DNA from: Amoebophrya sp. A120
Lineage: Eukaryota; Protista; Dinoflagellata
Direction of reading: 5' to 3'
DNA length: 64,000 nt
NCBI GenBank assembly: GCA_905178155.1
Contig: CAJINV010000015.1
Coordinates: 1,943,730 to 2,007,729 of the forward strand
Shown here in pieces: positions 35,601 to 46,303 of the stretch (positions are counted from its first letter, which is position 1; each line of letters starts with the position of its first letter). The notes below the pieces were generated by a model that saw only the letters and a list, made by a program, of their open reading frames with translations, was not told where the DNA came from and did no database searches. The translations under genes and the position numbers were made by a program.

Positions 35601-38428
35601 CCTTCTTATCGTCCTTCTTGTCGGCCGATTTTTTCTTGGTGCGGGTAGCAGCACCTTTCCCAGCCGGCTTCTTATCATCCTTCCCCTTGCCACGGCCGCG
35701 CTTTTTCGAAGCACCATGAGAAGAATCCGGCGACAACGGGGTAGCAGGCAGTCCCGACTTCGACTCCTGATCATCCAGTTCCCCATCATCGATCATACTG
35801 TCGAGGTTGGGGCTGTGGCGGAAGTAGTTGTCCATGGAATCTTCGGCGTGGGAATCAGAGTCGCCGATAGAGTCGGCGTCTTCCTCTTCCTCGTCCACGC
35901 TTTCCAACACGTTCCGCTTGTTCTTCGAAGTCTCCTTCCCCGCGAGCAGCATACTCGGTTTCCCAGACTTCGGCTTCCCCGACGAGCGCATCTTGCGGTA
36001 GTCGCGCAGCGAGTAGTTGTGGTTCGGGGCGAAGATGTCTCTCGAAGACCCGGGGAGACCCGCACGCTGCTCGATGTAACGGGGGTGCGGGGTCAATTGG
36101 CGGACGGGCTTGTTCTTTTTCCGCTTGGGCGGGGTGGATGGCGCGGAAGAAGAGGACTGCTTGCGGCGGCGCTTGATGGTCACATTCTTGGAGCGGCCAC
36201 GCTTGCGATCCGCACTGGAGCTGTCGCGGAAGTTCAACATCATGGACTTCGGCTTGTTGGCCAGCGCCAAAATCGAGCCCTGTTTTAGTTTTTGGATTGG
36301 TCAGTCATGATATAACTTTTCAGATGTCTGTATTGCGCATGAATGAATAGGCTGGCGAAGCTTTGTGTTGTGTGTAAATTTGCACCGACTTATCTGACAA
36401 ACAAAAGTACCTTCGGCTTAGCTTTCTCCTTTTTCATCTTCTTGTTCTTGGCATTTTTCTTCCCACCGCGGCGACCTTTTCCGCAAGAACTGGAATCAGA
36501 GGTATCGGTGCTGGCATTGCGGTTTTTTTCGCCTCCGAAAGCCGAATCGTGGTCACTGTCGCTGCTACCGGATTCCGACGGTTCGTGGTCGCCGCGCATC
36601 AAGCGGCGCAACTCTTTGGCCGCTTTGCGGAACTTTTTCGGGCGGTTCTGCTTCCACCAGCGCAGTTCACCCACGCAGGACTTCTCCGTAGCGGCCGATT
36701 CGCCTCCGGTCGGCGGCTGTTTTTTGTTATGAGGAGGTGGTTCGGGATCAGCGCCAAAGCTGAAGCTCTGGAGCACAACACAAGTGATGAATTTGTGATG
36801 CAAAAAACTACACATATGCATGACAGATTTGAAAAAAACAAGATGAAGTACGTGAATGTCGGTAATTCCCATGGTCCGAAAGAGGACCCACGCCTGCTCG
36901 GCCTCTTTCAGGACGCGTTGCACGTCCTGGGCCCCGCACTCAAAAACCAGCGCCGTCCATTTTTGCAGGAATTTGATGGGTATCGACTTCCACCCCTCTG
37001 TGAAGATATATTTTTGGTTTCATTTTCGCATGACAATCTCTTATCAAGATATGAGTTCATGTCGGACGGGAAAAAATGAAGAAAATTATAAACCGACCCT
37101 ACAACAACAGCACAAGCGCATCAGACAACAGCAAAGTAGTACCTTTGAAATTGGTTCCACTGAACACCTGGCCGCCCAACTTTTCTTCGGGCTTCTTCTG
37201 GGACTCGTCATAGGCATCCTGCAAGTGCTTGATCAAGTCCAGCATGTCGGCCGGTTTCAAGTGCGACAAGATGATCTTCAAGCACACAGCCAGGCGGGCC
37301 GCCTCTTTTTTCTTCTCGGGGGCGGTCAAAGGACCGTAGTTCCCCGTGGTTTTGGCGTTGAGAATGATCTCCTGGCGTCCAGACATCTTGCTTGTCTTCG
37401 AGAGCGGAAAGTCGAGCCCTATGAAGATGAAAACTCCAGTCATTCCCAACCAGTTTGTCATGCATAAGTCTACGTCTGCAAAATATCTGTCATGCTAAAA
37501 ATGCATGACAAACTTGGGAAAACTGGAATTTTCTAATGCATATGTCGAGGAATCCGACGAAGTTACCGTTGCGGTGGAGATGATAAAGGTGGAAGTTCAA
37601 AGCGATTACGGTGAATCGAGAAGACTGATGCTACGACCGAGCAAAAGTACGAAAGTGGAAAGCTGATGTCTGCGACAGCGCTGAAATTAGATAAGCCCTG
37701 GAGGTGGTTTGGAAATGAAGCTTTTTGGTTTGGGTCGCAACGCAGTCGGCGCATGACAAATATGAGGAACCGTGGAACGCGGTAGAAGTGGAACGCATTT
37801 GAGATCTGCGTGACAAATTTGGTGACCGCGAATATTCTAGATCTCCAAGCCATCTGCTGGCTTGGCTGTGAGAGCTTGGCTCTGATCGCTGGGGCCTAGA
37901 GCCCGGAGCGCATGCATCGTTTGGCGATCTGGCTGCTCGGGCCTTGGGATTTAGAGTCTAGATCTATGGGCCGGAGCCGGAGCAGTGGATACCCTACTTA
38001 GACGTTTTGCGAGCTCGAGCTGTGGATGTCCGAAGTCGACGTTTTGACTTACGAGGTGGGGCCAGAGGGCGACAACCCCATCTACCACTGTTCGTCTGCT
38101 GGAAGCTGAGCGATTGTCTTCAGAACTCTCTCTTCTTAACTAGCTAGCTTACCGCCAATAGCCAATATCATAAATCATCTGCTGCAAAACTCAACATTCA
38201 AAACCAGATACAACAGGTTCGGGAGTGCCGCGAAAGTCCAGCGAAATTTTAATTTTGATGGTCAAAAATTTTGAAAATTTGAGTTTTGTGATTGTGATGG
38301 TGTTTTTTTCTTCGATAGTATTGCAATTTATTCTAGTACGATACTTTATTTGCAGTTCATATTTCGCTTTCAATTTCCTCCGCAATAACCTCCTGATTGC
38401 TCGGAGAAAGCTGATCGCCACCCTCCAT
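20653..38428 (-). CDS. Hypothetical acidic/low-complexity host protein; first exon (38428-38362) separated by a 14.4-kb intron
   Basis: Removing 23921-38361 plus one TTTCG gives MEGGDQLSPSNQEVIAEEIESE-TFEDDFELPG in frame; continues through the ORFs at 22831, 22296, 21717 and 20653. Confidence 0.7.
24465..25727 (+). CDS. Transposon cargo ORF; C-terminus resembles MepB-like / PD-(D/E)XK-fold proteins
   Basis: 420-aa ORF antisense to the host genes; RKIGIFIKYYTRKNG..DQVDAFLLHVR..GTFFFPIRALSLHG recalls the MepB pattern KKIGQFV..KR..D.FDFL..V..GQFIFPK..L..KG (from memory). Confidence 0.45.
   Translation: MLEVRLYYRHFKLNQTSTGPKSQHPGPIFPSETLPKLASSQGLPSLALWPKRSRTRPAPAPPETNPTQKPAPTCRAAKMGTRPHQIEQWSITQATQLLEEEFSVIYTPEFQADMAITPKIQPDEAVDSQEMGANNAALDGPMAVLLQIKGSWSPLKPWLQSLKCQIIKHRKSYANTILIGITRKRQASVLVVPVTRHYDWELIDLMHNEWWCRKEDLPNRLREHWQGFALNKTAALGHFNCASRIQAVEQRMRQQFAQGTVAAGGAYALNSVGFKVVDGILRYGGHTIRRQERTAKFKLNGRGEVAGIRVSTARHHAISHLSFFAVGRGSSGHCSLPHYTLMRPRRNRPEHCHPKPIERKIGIFIKYYTRKNGSGFTPDQVDAFLLHVRANRGPAHSYAGTFFFPIRALSLHGYAPELIR
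27577..33900 (-). CDS. Multi-exon divergent DDE transposase candidate (hAT / hATm-like)
   Basis: Ordered motifs: SSDDKAP..LHPILI (~33700), LSDTCVGNWKRQRGA (~33236), VGARWFAEW (~30835), LKLIVISGATGEFEGERHWR..RFKLSFGRL (~29420); C-terminal CTAC..CPDC. Start and exon borders approximate. Confidence 0.55.
28316..28441. mobile_element. IR intron inside the transposase gene
   Basis: Perfect 24-25-bp IR TATGCATTGCAAATTTGTCATGCG; no matching 5-bp DR. Confidence 0.8.
28681..28809. mobile_element. IR intron inside the transposase gene
   Basis: TAT(G/C)CAGATGAGCCTCCTGCTC IR; no matching DR. Confidence 0.8.
33290..33419 (-). other. GT-AG intron enclosing a degenerate TAT..ATA IR (33295-33416)
   Basis: CAG|GTGTATCCGATGTCAAAC...GTTTGCCATAGGATATACAG|AGC; splicing gives MVQ-SKKLHENGTLMLCRMLSDT in frame. 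Confidence 0.7.
34903..37386 (-). CDS. Second multi-exon transposon gene, Lys/Ser-rich basic protein with NLS-like tracts
   Basis: Exons MSGRQEIILNAK.., ..WWKQNRPKKFRK.., ..KRRRKQ..PPKRKK.., ending KKDKTQ*; separated by IR-type introns such as 35275-35434. Confidence 0.55.
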
Positions 38429-39275
38429 TTTGACCTGCGCGCGGGTTGGCAGAACCACTCCGCTGCCTCAGAAACTAAAGTTTTTCAAGGTGTTGAAATA
38501 TGGTCAACTAGGGTGGTGGTGTTGGTAGATGTTCTTTACGACTAAATAAAACGCGATGTTTTGAAGAACAAGAACGACGGAACTGAAACTAAATGCAAGT
38601 AAAGATGGAAACAACAACACAAACTCGTCAAAGGGAAATGCTGCTGGGGGTAACTCGAAACTAGCACAATCACAATCTCGTCGGGGGTACCTCTTTCAAC
38701 AAAGTGGCGGCCTGTTGTGAATCATTCTCACACACGACGTCTTTTTACCTCGCCTGCTACAGCTACTTTTGCAGCTGTTATAAATCTTTCAAATTACAAA
38801 TAGCGAACGGCTTGCTGTCGTCTTTCGCACATTTGGATTCACGTCAAGTACGATTGGGGTTTGTTGTTCACGCCAGAACGTACGAACAAATTCTGCAGGA
38901 GACCGATTGGTGTGCATGTGCACCCTTTTTCCAACAACGAAAATTGCGTCGTAATTTCGAACGAAATCAGACAACAAGTGGACGACGAACCGATGAGAGC
39001 AGAATCATGCTCCAATTCATCGAGCATGGCACGGACGACAAGAGGCACAAGGCTCTCCTTTTGGAAGATAAGATTGAACAGTTTTGCAAATAACGCTCGG
39101 ACGAAACAACAGGAGGCACGCAGGCCTTTTGGCATCAAAAAAGATACGCATGAGAAAGACGCGGCGTCCTAGTTCGGTTCCGGTTTGTTCATCATCACAT
39201 TTTTTGCACCTTATTTATTTTTCTTCGTTTGCAGAAGAAATCATGACGACCTCCTGGCTGATGTTTTCATCCTCA

Positions 39276-39836
39276 CTAGGAGCCAGCCGCCATCGCCGTC
39301 TCGACCCTGTCCAATCGCTTCTCCACCCTCGTTTGATACTCCACCACTTTCTGCACGGATAATTCCAATCTATCGACCATCTTCTGCCCTTCCAGCATCA
39401 AAATCCAGAAAGAAACCCCCGACGCGAAAACGACGCCGAAAGTGAAGTATTTTGCACGGGAGAAAATGCTGGGCGTGGGTTTCGAAGAAATTTTGTTCCC
39501 GCTCGATGAAATCATGGGAGTTGTTGTAGTTTTTGGCGGTTCAGAGGCTGGAACGGCTTTCTCATCCACTGTCGATGTCGTAGAAGCTGAAGCACCACCA
39601 GCGTCTCTTGCTGCTACGGCGTAGAATCGTGGTTGCAGCGCCGCGAGGGGATGCTGTGGGTTCTGAAACTGATACGCAGCAGCGTTCTTGCTTATTCTTT
39701 CACAAAAGAAAGAACCGCTGCTCCATCGGGACCGCGCTGCTGGAACTGCGAGGGTCCGGAGCGATTTGGGCTGACCCACTTGCCACATTTGTCTGATCGT
39801 CAGAAGCGAAGAACTCGAGGACAAGGACGACGTCAT
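39276..39836 (-). CDS. Hypothetical mitochondrial single-pass membrane protein
   Basis: S/R/A-rich presequence-like N-terminus, TM segment YFTFGVVFASGVSFWILML, C-terminal coiled coil. Confidence 0.6.
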   Translation of the reverse strand: MTSSLSSSSSLLTIRQMWQVGQPKSLRTLAVPAARSRWSSGSFFCERISKNAAAYQFQNPQHPLAALQPRFYAVAARDAGGASASTTSTVDEKAVPASEPPKTTTTPMISSSGNKISSKPTPSIFSRAKYFTFGVVFASGVSFWILMLEGQKMVDRLELSVQKVVEYQTRVEKRLDRVETAMAAGS

Positions 39837-41802
39837 GCTTGCTTTATCGTGGCAGGCTGCGTAGTTTTTGAGCGCACTATAACCAAATCCTACCGATTGT
39901 GATTAAAGTATACTTACGTCGACGTCGTGGACTTCGCGGGGGGCCGCCGCCGCGTGCAAAAAAATGTGCGAGGATAAACGATCGGAGTTGATGCGGATTT
40001 AGATTTATCGGCGCAAATAACCTTGCAAAGAAACAATAACGAGCTCCATCGGAACACCAAAAAAGATAAAAGAACGTTACTTCGTTCCGACTAGCAGTGC
40101 GATTGTAATTCGGCTTTTTCTTAACATCGTTTGCTTTTCATAGTTATTCACAACATTCGGAGGCATGGTGTGAAAAAGACAGGACGTTGTCGGCCCAGGG
40201 CCCAATCCCCATGCCGATCAAATGTGCGTCGCTATGTCAAGTGGTCCCATTTCCCAAGATCAAAATTTTCAAAAAAAGCATATTTATTTTTTCGATCCTT
40301 CAGCGCAGCGCGTCCTCGCACCCCAGAAACGCCGTCTCGTCGCGGGCCTGAACAGGAAGAGAAGTCGGCGGCGGCCACGATAGAGTGCCTCCCGCCTCCG
40401 ATGAGCCGCGGACGAAGTGCGGCGACACGCTCGTGCGGAATGTCCTGGAGAAACAGCGAGATGTGCGTCCCCAGTCCGGAAGGCAACGTCGTCTGCGAAA
40501 ATGCGCGCCGCCTGGTGCGTGGATGGATCGGCTCCGTCGGGTCTATCTGTGTTCCAGCCATATCCACCACGGCTCTGCTCGACATATGAGACCCTCTCCT
40601 CCCGCTCTGGCCGATTTGCTTTCTCTTTATTTGATATACACATGTGGAGCGAACGCAAACAAACGAACAACCCCGCGGCGCATGGCAGGTCTTCCCCTGT
40701 GGTTCTTCGTGTTTATTTTTTTGAAGGAATCAGAAAAGAGTAGTTCGCGAAAAGTTCCCGTCTAGTTAGGGTGAGGAGTTCTCTTGCTTTTCTAAATTAG
40801 CTTTAAACTGTTTGCTTCGGTGGTTCTACGCTGTGGCCACCTGGTAGCTGCCTTGTCGCTGCATGCTGCAGCTTTCTTGGTAACACCGCTGCCAGATCCT
40901 ACATTATATCTACTTGCCGGCACTTTTTCGTGGCGACTGGTCGTTCTCATCAGGGGCTTTCTAATTTCTAAACAAAGATTAGTTCAAGTGCTGGCGTGAC
41001 TTCCAGCGGCAAATGGGGAAGGCGCTGGCCATCCTGTAGACCAGACGGAATCTGTGTTGCCAGCCTATACACACAGCGGGAAAAGGTGAAAGGTAGTTTC
41101 TAGCTCAAACGACTGCACAAGAGGGTGCGTCGACTAGTTGCATGAGTGCAACAGACCGATGCCACGCAAGGCATCACGTGGGGAAAACTTCAAGCAAATA
41201 GAGCTGGCTCGACATTTCTAAATCACGAAAGAGCAAGAGGCAGGAATCTTACTCAACTTCAATACTTATCTCATTGCTGGATTGCCGGTAAGCCTTTTTT
41301 TCACTTTCTAACTGATCAGAGTAGGACGTTGTCGGCCCAGGGCCCAATCCCCATTCCGATCAAATGTGCGTCGCTATGTATTGGGATTGGCCTTCACAAA
41401 TTCTACCAATTTGCGACTACAGGAAGATTTGTAATTCTCTTCTTCTGAGGACTCCGGTGGCAAAAGGAGGTTCTTTTTATTTTGCTTTTTCTTGTTCTTC
41501 TGCTGCGGATTTGGATTTTGACCTCCGCTTATACCAGGACCTGCAACATGTTGGCCGCCGTTCGTACCAACTATCGGAATCGGCAACACCGGAATTTGCA
41601 CCGCGTCCATTAGCGCGTGACGCCACAAATCGCTGCGCCAACCTGATAGAAAGTGAAGATTATAGGGCCAGTAGAAATAAAACACTACATACTAGATGGC
41701 AAAATCAGCCACAGAAATAGAAATTGAGATAACCTTATACCAACAACACATCTGCTATTGTAAAAAAGCTCTGAGACCACTACAGCAGACGAGGACACAG
41801 AG

Positions 41803-43014
41803 TCAACTAATACCTTGCAGCGATTCCACTTTGCCCTTGCAACCGTCTAGCTTCTTCCCCGCTTCTGCGCTGGCTTTTCGCTTTTCTATCAACTGTCTCT
41901 TCTGCTCGGTCAGCTCTATCCAGAGGAAAAAAATATCCATCTTCCCAATACATCTTTTGCATGATTTGATATTAGTAGAAGATAGGATACTAAAAGCGCA
42001 GGCTGTAGACGTTCATGTTGTATTTTGCGTGACAAATAATTCATTGGAAGATGAGAACAGGTGTAGTTCTTTCCCTGGCGATAAACTCCTGCTCTTTGTT
42101 CGTCTTTTCCTCTTTCAGCTCGCCAATTTTGGCTTTCGCTGTTTCCTTTTTCTGGCAAAATTCCTCGTGCTCCTTGTCCAACTTTTCCAGTTCGGCGGTC
42201 AGCTTTTGCAGTTTTTCCTTTTCTATCCTCTCCAAAAGCATCGCACTGATTTGTTCTGTTGTGCTAGTAGTTTTTGCAATCTCAATCATGCATGGCAGGT
42301 ATGATCTGCTCCTAAAACCGTTCTTCAGCATGACAAGCTCCATTCCTTCTCCTGTGAATAAAAGTTGTAATGCAATAACGGCCTAGTAGTACGATGCTTT
42401 TACCATGCGTATCCTCTTCCACGATCACATTTTATGCAAGAAAAAAACTGTGTAAGTGTAACTTTCTTGGAGGAACAGCATCACAGGTTTGCTCTGCATG
42501 ACAGAGAAAACCTGTAATGCGTAGCTAGTACGTGAAAACACGCACGAAAAGAGCCCCTCATGCACGTCCAGCATGACAAGTGTAACAGTTTTGCATTTTC
42601 TGCAACACAAAGTTACACTTACACAGTTTTTTTGTTGGATACATTTTGCAGCTGCTTCAAAGAATTCGCGGAATACCGACCTCCGCCGAAGTTTGTCATG
42701 CCGCGCGAAATGACAGAGCTGGAGTTCATCCTGGCATTTGCAGTTATGCAAAGAAAAAAGTGTTACAGTTACACATTGTGTAGCACGACCGGCAACACAG
42801 ACAACCTTTGTCATGCAGGAAATGCTTTGGAGACTCGTTTCCTTCGTGTTTTCCCTTATGATCTTTGCATTGCAAGTTTCCTCTGTCATGCAAAGCAAGT
42901 TTGTGATGCTGAAATTACAACAAATGCGTAACTGTAACACTTTTTTCGTGGGATAGCATTAGTGCTCCCTTTATTATTGCCGTCACTCACACTGGCCCAG
43001 GGCCCAATCCCCAT
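41803..43014 (-). CDS. Hypothetical coiled-coil protein with about 4 introns
   Basis: Spliced reading SDGNNKGSTNANARMNSSS..KQLQNVIVEEDT..IEIAKTT..KEQE-LTEQKRQLIEKRK..GIS*; start uncertain. Confidence 0.55.
41917..42083. mobile_element. Introner
   Basis: TATCCAGAGGAAAAAAA...TTTCCCTGGCGATA; DR AGCTC/AACTC; removal restores the frame. Confidence 0.75.
42433..42641. mobile_element. Introner, family GTAAC
   Basis: Perfect 25-bp inner IR AAAAAAACTGTGTAAGTGTAACTTT, TAT..ATA ends, DR CATTT. Confidence 0.9.
42745..42955. mobile_element. Introner, family GTAAC (inverted relative to 42433)
   Basis: TATGCAAAGAAAAAAGTGTTACAGTTAC IR; DR GCAGT/GCATT. Confidence 0.85.
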
Positions 43015-43261
43015 TCCGATCAAATGTGCGTCGCTATGTATTGGGATTGGCCTTGCTGACAACAAAATGATAATAAGGCGACGACATTAGGTTTTGGCTT
43101 ACTTTCTAAAGTAGAAGCTTGTCAGTGGCCAGAAAGTCAAAAATCCACCATCCTGGTACGTAGAGCGCCACGAGAAAATGTCCACTTCTAGGAAGGACAG
43201 CATGCGCATCATGCCACATCAAACAATACAACTCGACCACTCCACAGCAGTGGAATCCACG

Positions 43262-46105
43262 TCAATAATTAACTGCAGCTCCATGTGTCATTTGCATTAA
43301 CGACCCGAGATATCCATATTCCCGTAATAGCTCCTCAGTATAATCCGTAAGCGCAGCGAATCTGTGCAAGACGTGCTGGTGGCTCGGCTCTATCTTCTCG
43401 ATGTACCTTTCCGTGAAGCTCATGCAGTCCACCGCGGTCCAGTAGAAATACTTCATGAATCGCTGCTCCTTGTTCTCCCAGACCAGGTGCTCTTCACTCA
43501 TTAGTCTCATGCTCCGTTCCAGATAGCTGTGAAACCGGTAGGGCATGTACCACTGAAACTTCTGCAGCGTTGCGGACAATTCTTATGCACTGCAAAAGCA
43601 TCGTGTTCGTAGTATTGCAATACAAATTAGGTCAGCGTGACAAATGGAATTTGTCACGCTGATTTAGCTTGGAAAAGAAATTTATCTTGCATAAACTGCA
43701 ACTAGTACGAGTACGATGCTTTTGCACAGGATAATTCTAAGAGGCTGTCGATTTTCCGTTCGTGCTTCTTCAAAGCAGAAGCGTAGCGGACGTAGTGGTA
43801 GCGGTACTTCTATCCGGGAAAAAACACCCAAAGCCCAATCCATTTTTTGCATGACAAGCACTTCACTTTAATATGCCTGTTTTGTATATGACAAATTGGA
43901 AATTGGATTGGGGATGGGTCTTTTTTTTCTGGATAACTCCTGCATCTCTTCGGAATCCGGATCTACCAGGAAATTCGGAGGGCCAGTGTATCCTGTGCAA
44001 AACTAAATCGCACTTGTACTATAATGCTTTTATGCATTATCTTTATCTTTTTTTCGAAGGCAAATCCGCATTACAAACTTAATTTGTAATGCTAAGCCAA
44101 TTTGTAATGCAATCTATAGATACTTCTAGTACGATGCTTTTGCAATGCATACAGTGAGCCTCTGCACCACCCAGCAATCCAACCGCTTCGCCTCCTGCAC
44201 CTGCAGCAGTGTAGTCCGTTTTTCTTCTTTCAGTTTCTCGTACAGATCTTGCCACTTCTGGCACTCATCGGTGGCCAGAACCTGGAACCGCCAAGTGGGC
44301 GGAGGGGACGTCGACCACGTCGAGGAGCTACTCTTATTGTGAGACGAGCCGCTTGTCGTGGTCATCATGCTGCTGCTGCTGCTGCCGGCACTAGCAGAGA
44401 GAGTCGGGACTTGTTTCATCTTCGGCAGTACCAATTTCTCCTCAGCAATGGTACCACCAGCACCACCAGCTGGTGCCGGCGGCGGGAAGGAGACTACAGG
44501 CATTGGACAGTACTCTTCTGCGTACGTGTTCTCCACGATTCTCTGGACAAGTTGCTGCTCCCTCGTGGTAACACAGCTTTCGTCCGATGAAAGCAAAGCG
44601 TTTACTACCACTCCAATCATCGGCTCGTGAAGATACCGATGGTAGGAATTCGAATCTCGCAAGGGGAGCGAGAAGGGCGCAGAGGGCACTGTGGTGGTAT
44701 TACTGCTGTACGACCTACTTTCGCGAGAAGTTCTAGTTAACGGGTCTGCAGTGCAGCTGCCATCAGTCCCATGTTCCTTGTCTTCAAGCTGAGGTGGAAA
44801 CATTATCGGAACCAATTCCACCCGGACGCCTGGGTGAAATTTCACGCCTCGAGTACCCAGGGTACGAATCTGCTGCAGAACCTGCGCGACTGTGGTTTTC
44901 TCCACGTCCACTTTTTTGACCTTGTACGTCTCTCCACCCAGCGTTGTCACTTGCAGGTCGATCAGCGGACGGGAAGAATGACAACTGCTCTCTTTGGTCG
45001 TCGTACTAGGTGCTGTACTGGCGGTCGTCTGTGTAGTGCTCGCCGATGTAGTTGAAGGTGTTGGCGCTCCTCCATTTTGTTTCAAAGCGCTCGCAAGAGG
45101 ACTTCCACCGCCGGCGCCAGAAGAGCGGCTTGTTCCCGAGGATGCAGCAGCAGCTGCCGCTTTTCTTATTTCTTCTGGCTCTCGAGAAAACATCCTGGTG
45201 TACCCAGGCCCGGGGTAATATCGCCAGCGTGGTGGGCCACGAGGACGCTGCACGGGAGGTCTAGGTATGTTGTGAGCAGGGCCAGGAGCAACATCATGAT
45301 CTTCTTGCCCATTATTTACCCCTTCCCCTCGACGACGACGCCGACCTTGTTGACCGGACGATGCAGCCCGCCCTCCAGTGGCTACGCCAACGGCCTTTGA
45401 AAGCATCGACCGCAAATGTTCTGAGCTCATAATTTGCTGGCTGCGAGGGCTGAGGACATGAAGATGCTGATGCTCTTGCTCCTCCTCTCCACTGTTTGCG
45501 GCAGGAGAAGATGCCGCCGCGGCGCGTATCAACCGTTGGCGCGGGGGCAACCGTTGGCGCGGCGGCAACCGACGAGATACTCCTGTTAATGGTCCTCGTG
45601 CCAAACCTGCAGCTGGCAAGGGCAACGGCATTTGTGAAGATGTTCCCTGGTCGTGAAGATCTTCATTTCGTTGGTCGGTGCGCAACAGCAATTCCAATTG
45701 CCTGGATGGAACCTCTACCTCATCTACTTGTATCATCCCAATTTCCGTGAAATTGTCTGCGCGTTCGCGTTGCAACAAGTCGACAACTCCATTGTTGGCC
45801 GCCGGGTCCGGGGAAGGCGTCACGAGTGTTGTGTAGTGACCTGGGAGCTCGTTGAAATTTACCGCCTCTATTCCGAAAATAAACCTCCAATCCTGCAACG
45901 CCGCCGCACAGAGGAGGAACAGGAGCGGCATTTTGGATATGACTGCTCTTCTCCGGTTTGCCATTCTCATCTCTGACGTGGCTGTTTTGGAAAGCAATTG
46001 CCTCGATAAGGAGGCTTCAAGTAAGATAGCTCTTGCTCTAGTAATATCAAAAACGAATAGCGTTGAAAAACGAAGATTGTACTTAGATTGTAGTATGCTC
46101 ATCAC
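43262..46105 (-). CDS. Putative secreted protein with a ubiquitin-like domain, 3 introners
   Basis: Signal-like MPLLFLLCAAAL; UBL-like IDLQVTTLGGETYKV..TTVAQVLQQI; shares blocks with the 55370-59113 ORF. Confidence 0.6.
43584..43733. mobile_element. Introner, family 1
   Basis: IR ends, DR ATTCT. Confidence 0.9.
43811..43935. mobile_element. Introner whose end resembles the TIR of the 14-kb element
   Basis: TATCCGGGAAAAAACACCC...GGGTCTTTTTTTTCTGGATA; DR ACTTC/ACTCC. Confidence 0.8.
43989..44151. mobile_element. Introner, family 1
   Basis: IR ends, DR CAGTG. Confidence 0.9.
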
Positions 46106-46122
46106 TGCTTCTTGTAAGTGGC

Positions 46123-46303
46123 AGAAGGAGATGCTATATTAACTTCGGCTGTCTTCATGATGGAATAGCCGACCAGTGTGTGTTTTGGAAAAAAGGAAAA
46201 TGAAAATCACAATCAGAGAATAAAACTTGACAGAAGATGAAGGAGATGCTATAATTAACTTTGGCCGTCATGGAATAGCCGACCTGTGTGTATTTTAGAA
46301 AAA
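46123..46303. repeat. Imperfect ~65-bp direct repeat, 2 copies
   Basis: GAAGGAGATGCTATA(A)TTAACTT..ATGGAATAGCCGACC.GTGTGT at ~46124 and ~46239. Confidence 0.7.

Larger units (their letters stand above)
24050..38317 (-). mobile_element. 14.27-kb TIR DNA transposon (hAT-like, 5-bp TSD)
   Basis: 53-bp TIR (24050-24102 and 38265-38317, 1 mismatch) TATCGAAGAAAAAAACACCATCACAATCACAAAA; TSD GTATT at 24045-24049 and 38318-38322. Confidence 0.92.
23921..38361. mobile_element. Family-1 introner expanded to 14.4 kb by a nested transposon
   Basis: Left arm TATGCACTGCAAAAGTATCG at 23921; right arm CGATACTTTATTTGCAGTTCATA ending 38361; DR TTTCG at 23916-23920 and 38362-38366. Confidence 0.9.
40181..43063. 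repeat. Three dispersed copies of a ~60-75-bp hairpin repeat (40181-40237, 41323-41394, 42994-43063)
   Basis: Shared GGCCCAGGGCCCAATCCCCAT(G/T)CCGATCAAATGTGCGTCGCTATGT; CCAATCCC pairs with GGGATTGG. Confidence 0.85.

Noticed and set aside
24050-38317. Polinton/Maverick or virophage identity for the 14-kb element
   Set aside because: No pPolB, packaging ATPase, capsid or retroviral-like integrase motifs seen; TSD is 5 bp and the ends are not AG..CT.
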